From Candidatus Enterousia sp. (GTDB lineage Bacteria; Pseudomonadota; Alphaproteobacteria; Rs-D84): a stretch of 64,000 nt of DNA. Of this stretch, positions 58,541-64,000 are shown in pieces. Numbering within the stretch: position 1 is the stretch's first letter; each line of letters opens with the position of its first letter. The stretch spans positions 111,249-175,248 of the forward strand of contig JAZLHA010000012.1 of NCBI GenBank assembly GCA_045616625.1, given 5' to 3'. The notes under the pieces are model-generated. The model was given only the letters and a program-made list of their open reading frames with translations. It was not told the origin of the DNA and searched no databases. The position numbers and the translations under genes were made by a program.

Positions 58541-59254
58541 TTAATTTTTCACAATACCATTTTTTATGGTTATCACCCTATCGGCACGCGATGCGAGTCC
58601 CATATCATGTGTCACAAACAGCATAGACATTTTATTTTTACGCACCAATTCCAACAGCATATCAAAAACCGCTGTTGCATGTGCAGGGTCCAAATTCCCA
58701 GTTGGTTCGTCCGCCAAAATTATATCAGGTCTATTCGCAATAGCACGCGCAACCGCCGTGCGTTGTTGTTCACCACCCGACATTTCACCCGGCAAGTGCG
58801 ATGCCCTGTGTAATACATTTACAGACTTTAATAATTTAGCCGCGCGCGCCATCGCAACATCTTCGTCAACCCCTGCATTTAACATAGGTAGTACCACATT
58901 TTCCAATGCGGTAAAATCAGACAATAAATTATGACGCTGATACACAAAACCAATTTTATCACGACGAACAATTGTTCTTTGTTCTTCACTCATTTTATAT
59001 ACAGGTACACCGCAAACCAAAATACTGCCTGATGTCGGTTTATCCAACAAACCAACGCATTGTAAAAGTGTAGATTTTCCAGAACCTGATTGTCCAACAA
59101 GTGCGACAATTTCACCCCTGTGCAAATCAAAACCACCACCAGACAACACATGCAGGGGTTGTCCACCCTCTATAAATGTTTTTTTGATATCACGCACAGA
59201 TAAAACAACTTCGCGTTTTTCTATTTTTGATAAAGAATTCAAAATACCAGCCAT
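58541..59254 (-). CDS. lolD: lipoprotein-releasing system ATP-binding protein LolD
   Basis: Walker A GQSGSGKST; LolD-like block SDFTALENV; LSGGEQQR; Walker B ILADEPTGNLD. Confidence 0.85.
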   Translation of the reverse strand: MAGILNSLSKIEKREVVLSVRDIKKTFIEGGQPLHVLSGGGFDLHRGEIVALVGQSGSGKSTLLQCVGLLDKPTSGSILVCGVPVYKMSEEQRTIVRRDKIGFVYQRHNLLSDFTALENVVLPMLNAGVDEDVAMARAAKLLKSVNVLHRASHLPGEMSGGEQQRTAVARAIANRPDIILADEPTGNLDPAHATAVFDMLLELVRKNKMSMLFVTHDMGLASRADRVITIKNGIVKN

Positions 59255-59263
59255 TATTGTTCC

Positions 59264-60520
59264 TTATTCATTTCTTAATACTTCCACCGGATCAGTATTT
59301 GCCGCCTTCCATGCGGGATAAATTGTTGCCAAAAATGCGAGCCCTATCGCAAGCAGCGCAATTCCAAAAACCGTTCCAAATTCTAGTTTTGATGGTAATT
59401 CAGACAAGTAATACAATTCAGATGGGAATAGATCACGACCTGTTATAAATTGAAAAAACTGCCTAATTGGTTCAATATATATTGCAATAATTATGCCTAA
59501 TATCGTTCCAGCAACCGCACCAATAACACCAATAGATGTTCCAGATAAAATAAATATCTTCATCATAGATTTACGCGACACACCAAAAGTCCGCAACACA
59601 GCAATATCTTTGGACTTATCCTTGACCAACATAACGAGTGATGAAATTATATTAAATGCAGCAACAATTACAATCAGCATCAAAATTAAGAACATAACAT
59701 TTGATTCAACCTGCAACGCACCAACAAAACTACGATTTAAATCACGCCAATCACGAACAACGAAACCATCAGGCAACAAAGTCACCAACGCATCACGCAC
59801 AGCACGCGTATTTTCAGGATTATCAACAAACAAATCAATATGCGTGACCGCGTTACCAATGTTTAGATATTTTTGTGCAGTCGATAACGACATAAATATG
59901 TACCCCGAATCATATTCATACATTCCCATAAAGAAAGATGATTTTACCGGATACGACATAATCCGCGGCATAGAACCAAACGGTGTTGCCGTCGCACCGT
60001 TTGCAGAAACAAGAGATATCTCATCACCCATCGTCACATTTAACACCCGCGTAAGCGATGAACCAGCAATCAATTCACCATCTTGAATTTCAGATAATGG
60101 TTTTCCATAAATACGTGTTCCGGTTTTCGTTTTTGCAATTAAATCAGACATATTTATTCCACGCACCATCGCACCAGTATTATTTCCATGTGCGGTTGCC
60201 ATAACCTGACCTTCAGCAATTGGGACAATAGATTTTACTTTTTCTGTAATAACTTTATTTTGACGCATTTTATCAATCAAGAAATCATAATCAGAAATTG
60301 CGCCGTCTTGATGATAAACAACGACATGTCCATTCATACCAACAATGCGTGACAACAAACTATCATGGAACCCACCCATCACAGACATCACAACAATCAA
60401 TGTTGCAACACCCAACATAATTCCCAACAACGAAACCCACGAAATTACAGAACCAAAACCGCGCTTTTTAGCACCCAGATATCTAAACGCAACTTTCCGT
60501 TCCAGTTTTGAAAACAACAT
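59264..60520 (-). CDS. lolC: lipoprotein-releasing system permease LolC/LolE family
   Basis: 418-aa ORF: N-terminal TM helix, MacB-like periplasmic domain, C-terminal FtsX 3-TM bundle. Confidence 0.8.
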   Translation of the reverse strand: MLFSKLERKVAFRYLGAKKRGFGSVISWVSLLGIMLGVATLIVVMSVMGGFHDSLLSRIVGMNGHVVVYHQDGAISDYDFLIDKMRQNKVITEKVKSIVPIAEGQVMATAHGNNTGAMVRGINMSDLIAKTKTGTRIYGKPLSEIQDGELIAGSSLTRVLNVTMGDEISLVSANGATATPFGSMPRIMSYPVKSSFFMGMYEYDSGYIFMSLSTAQKYLNIGNAVTHIDLFVDNPENTRAVRDALVTLLPDGFVVRDWRDLNRSFVGALQVESNVMFLILMLIVIVAAFNIISSLVMLVKDKSKDIAVLRTFGVSRKSMMKIFILSGTSIGVIGAVAGTILGIIIAIYIEPIRQFFQFITGRDLFPSELYYLSELPSKLEFGTVFGIALLAIGLAFLATIYPAWKAANTDPVEVLRNE

Positions 60521-60532
60521 TTATCAAACCTT

Positions 60533-61864
60533 TTAATTTCTTAAAAATTCACGCAACGCATCCCCTGATAATTCGCCGGTATAATTTGTACTTTGTGCAT
60601 CTGCATCAACAATTGAAATTATACGCGGTGACATAAACACAACCAATTCAGCAAAAGGACTTATTAATGTTTCATCGGTTGTGACAAAAGAATGTGTTGG
60701 AATACCAATGATTACATAATTATCACCAACACTTGATGGAATTGTAAACGAAGACAATTCACCATTACTTGTGCGTAAAACTATTTTTGCATCAATCTTG
60801 TCATATCCGCCAAAATCACCGTATTTAGCAGTTGCACCAATTGTTAAATCCGTTTCCAATCTATCTTCTTTACTGCATTGACCGATATCAAAACGAGATT
60901 GCCAACCATTTGGAATAACAAATTGCCCACGTGAAATCAAAACAACATTAGATTGTTGATATAAAAATTCCTGTAGTGTTTTTGTGTTTATTTCTGGACT
61001 AACGACCAATGCACGTCCAACAACACCGGGGATAGACATCTTGACATTATTTTCACCAAACGCCGGTAACAAATTCATCCAAACAATTGGATTGTCTGTT
61101 CGTGGATAAACACGATATACATCAACATCCCAACCAACCATATATTTTTTAGACGAAATATCTGTAATTATCTGACCTACTTCTCGTTCTGTTTGATAAT
61201 CACCTTCGAACACCAAAGTTTTATCCTGCCAATTAACGAGTAAATTGCGCATATCAGCACCATGCATAGCATCAATCAGCGCCATAATAATACTTTCATC
61301 CTTTGGCATTTTAACCATCCATTTACCACGATTAGTCAAATGCAATTCGCCATTTTCGGCATTATAACTATAATAAGCACGTCCCATTTTTGTCATTAAA
61401 TCAACACTATCACCCAAATTTCCAGACGAAATTGTTCCACTGATTTTTTCAACTAATGTTTCATCTTCTATGACGACAATATCTGTTCCCTCTAATAATT
61501 TATTAAGCGCCTCCTTGACACTAAGATTTTTAAATTCATAATCAGAAACCTGTAAATCGGACGGCAACGCATCGCCCATCGCCAAACGCACAATTTCTAT
61601 TTTTTCCTCTGGAACCACAGAAACAACACTTTGATTATCCCAATCTACATTACAGCGTTTTGGCAATTCCACAGAAAACCGTTGTGCCGTATCTGTAGTA
61701 AGTGCCGCTTTCTTTGGGAAAATAGGCACAGAATTTTCATCTATAACCAAATTATCAACAATGGTCACATCCTGATAAAGTTGCATATCGCCCCTATTTG
61801 CCTGACATCCACACAGCGAAATAATTATCAAACCAGCAAACAAATTTCCTTTTATTCTTGTCAT
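60533..61864 (-). CDS. secretin-like outer-membrane lipoprotein (secretin_N-like plus secretin-C-like domains), orphan
   Basis: Lipobox LIIISLCGC (start MTRIKGN). Mid-protein DYEFKNLSVKEALNKLLEGTDIVVI resembles secretin N-domains. C-terminus ...VGDNYVIIGIP...ISPFAELVVFMSPRII resembles the secretin C-terminal ...ELLIFITPRIV block. The PLLGDIP motif was not seen. Confidence 0.45.
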   Translation of the reverse strand: MTRIKGNLFAGLIIISLCGCQANRGDMQLYQDVTIVDNLVIDENSVPIFPKKAALTTDTAQRFSVELPKRCNVDWDNQSVVSVVPEEKIEIVRLAMGDALPSDLQVSDYEFKNLSVKEALNKLLEGTDIVVIEDETLVEKISGTISSGNLGDSVDLMTKMGRAYYSYNAENGELHLTNRGKWMVKMPKDESIIMALIDAMHGADMRNLLVNWQDKTLVFEGDYQTEREVGQIITDISSKKYMVGWDVDVYRVYPRTDNPIVWMNLLPAFGENNVKMSIPGVVGRALVVSPEINTKTLQEFLYQQSNVVLISRGQFVIPNGWQSRFDIGQCSKEDRLETDLTIGATAKYGDFGGYDKIDAKIVLRTSNGELSSFTIPSSVGDNYVIIGIPTHSFVTTDETLISPFAELVVFMSPRIISIVDADAQSTNYTGELSGDALREFLRN

Positions 61865-61890
61865 ATTTTCACCTCTTGCTATGAACAATA

Positions 61891-62217
61891 CTATATATTC
61901 ATAATTTTTTCAAATTCTTCTAGCGTCATTTCGTAAATTGGTTTTTGACTCGGTGTGGTGAGATTTTTTACAGATTCAAACTGTTCACCCAGCCTTTCAA
62001 TCACAGACATCACATCAGATGGAACAACCTGACTTTTATCATTTAATAAACGCCGTCCATATTCAACAATATATTCTAAAACATCAGCCATAAAGAAACG
62101 ACCAACGTAATTTTCCATAGCAATACCGCCTTTTTCAACACAAATTGCGGACATCGTCATTAGCATAGAATTATAAAAATTCGCCAGTTTTATAAAGTTT
62201 TGAACATCTATTGCCAT
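61891..62217 (-). CDS. hypothetical cytoplasmic protein (108 aa)
   Basis: Start MAIDVQNFIK with AAGGAAGG Shine-Dalgarno 3 nt upstream. The ORF track's longer start lacks an RBS. Confidence 0.45.
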   Translation of the reverse strand: MAIDVQNFIKLANFYNSMLMTMSAICVEKGGIAMENYVGRFFMADVLEYIVEYGRRLLNDKSQVVPSDVMSVIERLGEQFESVKNLTTPSQKPIYEMTLEEFEKIMNI

Positions 62218-62293
62218 ACCCCTTCCTTTATTTCTCTTTCCCCTATTATAAAAACTATTGCCACCCGAACGCAATTAAATTATAATAGGAAAT

Positions 62294-62674
62294 ATGAAAA
62301 TAAAATTTTTAGGATTTTTGTTGATACTTGGCGCATGTGCATCTGTGAATCAGGGCAGCATAGACAACGCAACTGTCCTTAATTGGGAAAACGATGCCGT
62401 CACTACCGAACAGTTTATTCGTGATCACAAGGCGTGTTTGGGAATAAAAACAAACGAATATGCGCCGCGTTCACGTATTGCCAAACTGTTATCACCAAAC
62501 CAAAGCGCACAAATGCCTGATTGGGACGGACTATGGGTAACATTTCAATCAAATGAATATCGCGACATTGGACAACGCGCGCTGATGTCTGTTCCACGCG
62601 TTCAAACATCAAAAACAGTTGGGGCGTATCGTCGCTGTATGTTCAGACGCGGTTATCTATTGCGCGCCATATAA
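62294..62674 (+). CDS. hypothetical lipoprotein (126 aa)
   Basis: Signal/lipobox FLLILGACAS. Confidence 0.5.
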   Translation: MKIKFLGFLLILGACASVNQGSIDNATVLNWENDAVTTEQFIRDHKACLGIKTNEYAPRSRIAKLLSPNQSAQMPDWDGLWVTFQSNEYRDIGQRALMSVPRVQTSKTVGAYRRCMFRRGYLLRAI

Positions 62675-62713
62675 AATTTGTTTATTCAGCAATAATATGA
62701 TATAATATTCTTC

Positions 62714-63421
62714 ATGAAGAAAACTATCTGGTTTTGGCTATGTTTTGTGTTTGCCATTATTTTGGCGACTTATTTTACAACACGTATTGTTATGACAAAA
62801 ATGGGCCGTGGCACTGTGGCACGTGTTCATCATGTTTCGATTTTGGTTGATTCGCCAGACGTTGATCTGTCTGCATTAAATACTGCATTAAACATTCCAC
62901 AAAACACATTGGTATACAACATTGATTTAGAGGAAAAAAATACAGCATTATTAAATGTTCCTGGGGTAAAACATTCAAGTATTCGTAGATTACCGAACGG
63001 CAACATTTCTATTCATGCCACAATGCATAATGTTTTGGGTGTATATCAACAGTCTGATGGTTTGTTCTATCCAATTTCTGATGATGGTTATATTGTTTCC
63101 AACCCAACCGATGGTCGTCCAAATGGCACTATTTTGTTTCGTGGCGCACAACCAAAAAATATTACAAAAATAACAAACGCCGTTCGTCCTATTACCGGAA
63201 TTCTTGATTACATTGAATTGATAGAAAATAGACGTTGGGATATATACACAACAAATGGCATTCGTGTAATGCTGCCCGAAGATATTAGCACAACCCAGGA
63301 ATACGAACCAGGAATCGCCATTGCTAAATTATTGTCATTAAACCAAGAAAAACAAATTTTATCACACGCGATTAAAACAATCGACTTGCGTGATTCAAAA
63401 CGTGTTTTGGTTAAACAATAA
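62714..63421 (+). CDS. ftsQ: cell division protein FtsQ
   Basis: N-terminal TM helix then POTRA-like domain. Immediately precedes ftsA. Confidence 0.65.
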   Translation: MKKTIWFWLCFVFAIILATYFTTRIVMTKMGRGTVARVHHVSILVDSPDVDLSALNTALNIPQNTLVYNIDLEEKNTALLNVPGVKHSSIRRLPNGNISIHATMHNVLGVYQQSDGLFYPISDDGYIVSNPTDGRPNGTILFRGAQPKNITKITNAVRPITGILDYIELIENRRWDIYTTNGIRVMLPEDISTTQEYEPGIAIAKLLSLNQEKQILSHAIKTIDLRDSKRVLVKQ

Positions 63422-63430
63422 TGGGCAGAT

Positions 63431-64000
63431 ATGAACTTATTAGATTCTAATTTTTTATGTCTGGATATTGGCACCAGTTGTGTTCGTGGAATTTCGAGCT
63501 GTGCTAAATATGGGGAAATAACAAAAAGCGAAATATCCGAATGTGAAAGCATGGATACAGTATTTGCAATAAAATCTGTCGTTGATGATCTTGAACAAAA
63601 ATTAGGGCGAAAATTTGATAAAGCCTATATCACAGGAAATTTTGGAAAATCTTTTTTTGATTTAACTCAAAAGATAACCAAATGGAACGGCGAGCACAAA
63701 ATATCTATTTCTGATATTCAATCACAAATTTCACAAATTAACATTCCTGACAATTTTTATCCTATGCATATTATTCCATCGGTATATAACATTTCATCTG
63801 CGCGCGATATAAAAACACCAATTGGCATAACCGACCATGAATTACAATCTATATTTAGTGTTATTGCATACGAACATGAACGCATGAACGAAATATTATC
63901 TGTATTACATCGCGCACATATCCAGGCAATATCTTTTTTTGATCCGCAATTTTTACAACACGAAATATATGATGATAAAAATCAGCGCACATTATTTATA
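63431..64000 (+). CDS. ftsA: cell division protein FtsA (5' part, continues past window end)
   Basis: MNLLDSNFLCLDIGTSCVRGIS... (actin-fold phosphate-1 motif LDIGTS). Open to the window edge. Confidence 0.75.
   Translation, partial: MNLLDSNFLCLDIGTSCVRGISSCAKYGEITKSEISECESMDTVFAIKSVVDDLEQKLGRKFDKAYITGNFGKSFFDLTQKITKWNGEHKISISDIQSQISQINIPDNFYPMHIIPSVYNISSARDIKTPIGITDHELQSIFSVIAYEHERMNEILSVLHRAHIQAISFFDPQFLQHEIYDDKNQRTLFI

Overview
This window reads as a contiguous chromosomal segment of a very AT-rich alphaproteobacterium, probably host-associated. That placement is inferred from protein similarity and gene order (ruvC/ruvA, secB, mltA, lolCD, ftsQA, rsmI-lpoA, addB), not from any search. Most of it is housekeeping. 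Genes for anaerobic class III ribonucleotide reductase (nrdD, nrdG), mutL, greA, an LptF/G-family permease, xerD, trxB, serS and typA fill the first 14 kb. The second half carries recA, secB, mltA, ruvC, a hemolysin-III gene, gltX, trmB, yebC, ruvA, mnmE, two tandem acyl-CoA synthetase genes, xth, addB, engB, rsmI, an lpoA-like gene, lolCD and ftsQ/ftsA. There are three tRNA genes: tRNA-Asp(GTC) on the plus strand, and tRNA-Gly(TCC) plus tRNA-Tyr(GTA) on the minus strand. The main accessory region lies at about 16.0-30.9 kb, between two outer-membrane beta-barrel genes and recA. It holds GT2, GT8, RgpF-like, DUF1792-like and Caps_synth-like glycosyltransferases, three DUF1796 paralogs, a LicA-like kinase, an SGNH esterase and a decayed licD, with internal segmental duplications and no wzx/wzy/wzz, so it looks like an LOS-type outer-core island. 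Notable points are listed here. (1) nrdD appears split: the glycyl-radical C-terminal domain is a separate 61-aa ORF with its own Shine-Dalgarno. (2) Twin NrdR-box-like palindromes sit upstream of nrdD. (3) A five-gene block of unknown proteins between trmB and yebC ends in a ribbon-helix-helix protein. (4) An apparently orphan secretin-like lipoprotein lies upstream of lolCD. (5) A 226-aa protein with only a CCA/poly(A)-polymerase head domain abuts the two-tRNA operon. (6) A 766-aa Cys- and Gln-rich secreted protein. (7) A dense 90-bp array of the motif CAGTGAT in both orientations sits at a duplication junction. I saw no CRISPR array, IS transposase, prophage or rRNA. Product calls rest on my reading of the translated ORFs and on remembered family motifs; no database searches were run.
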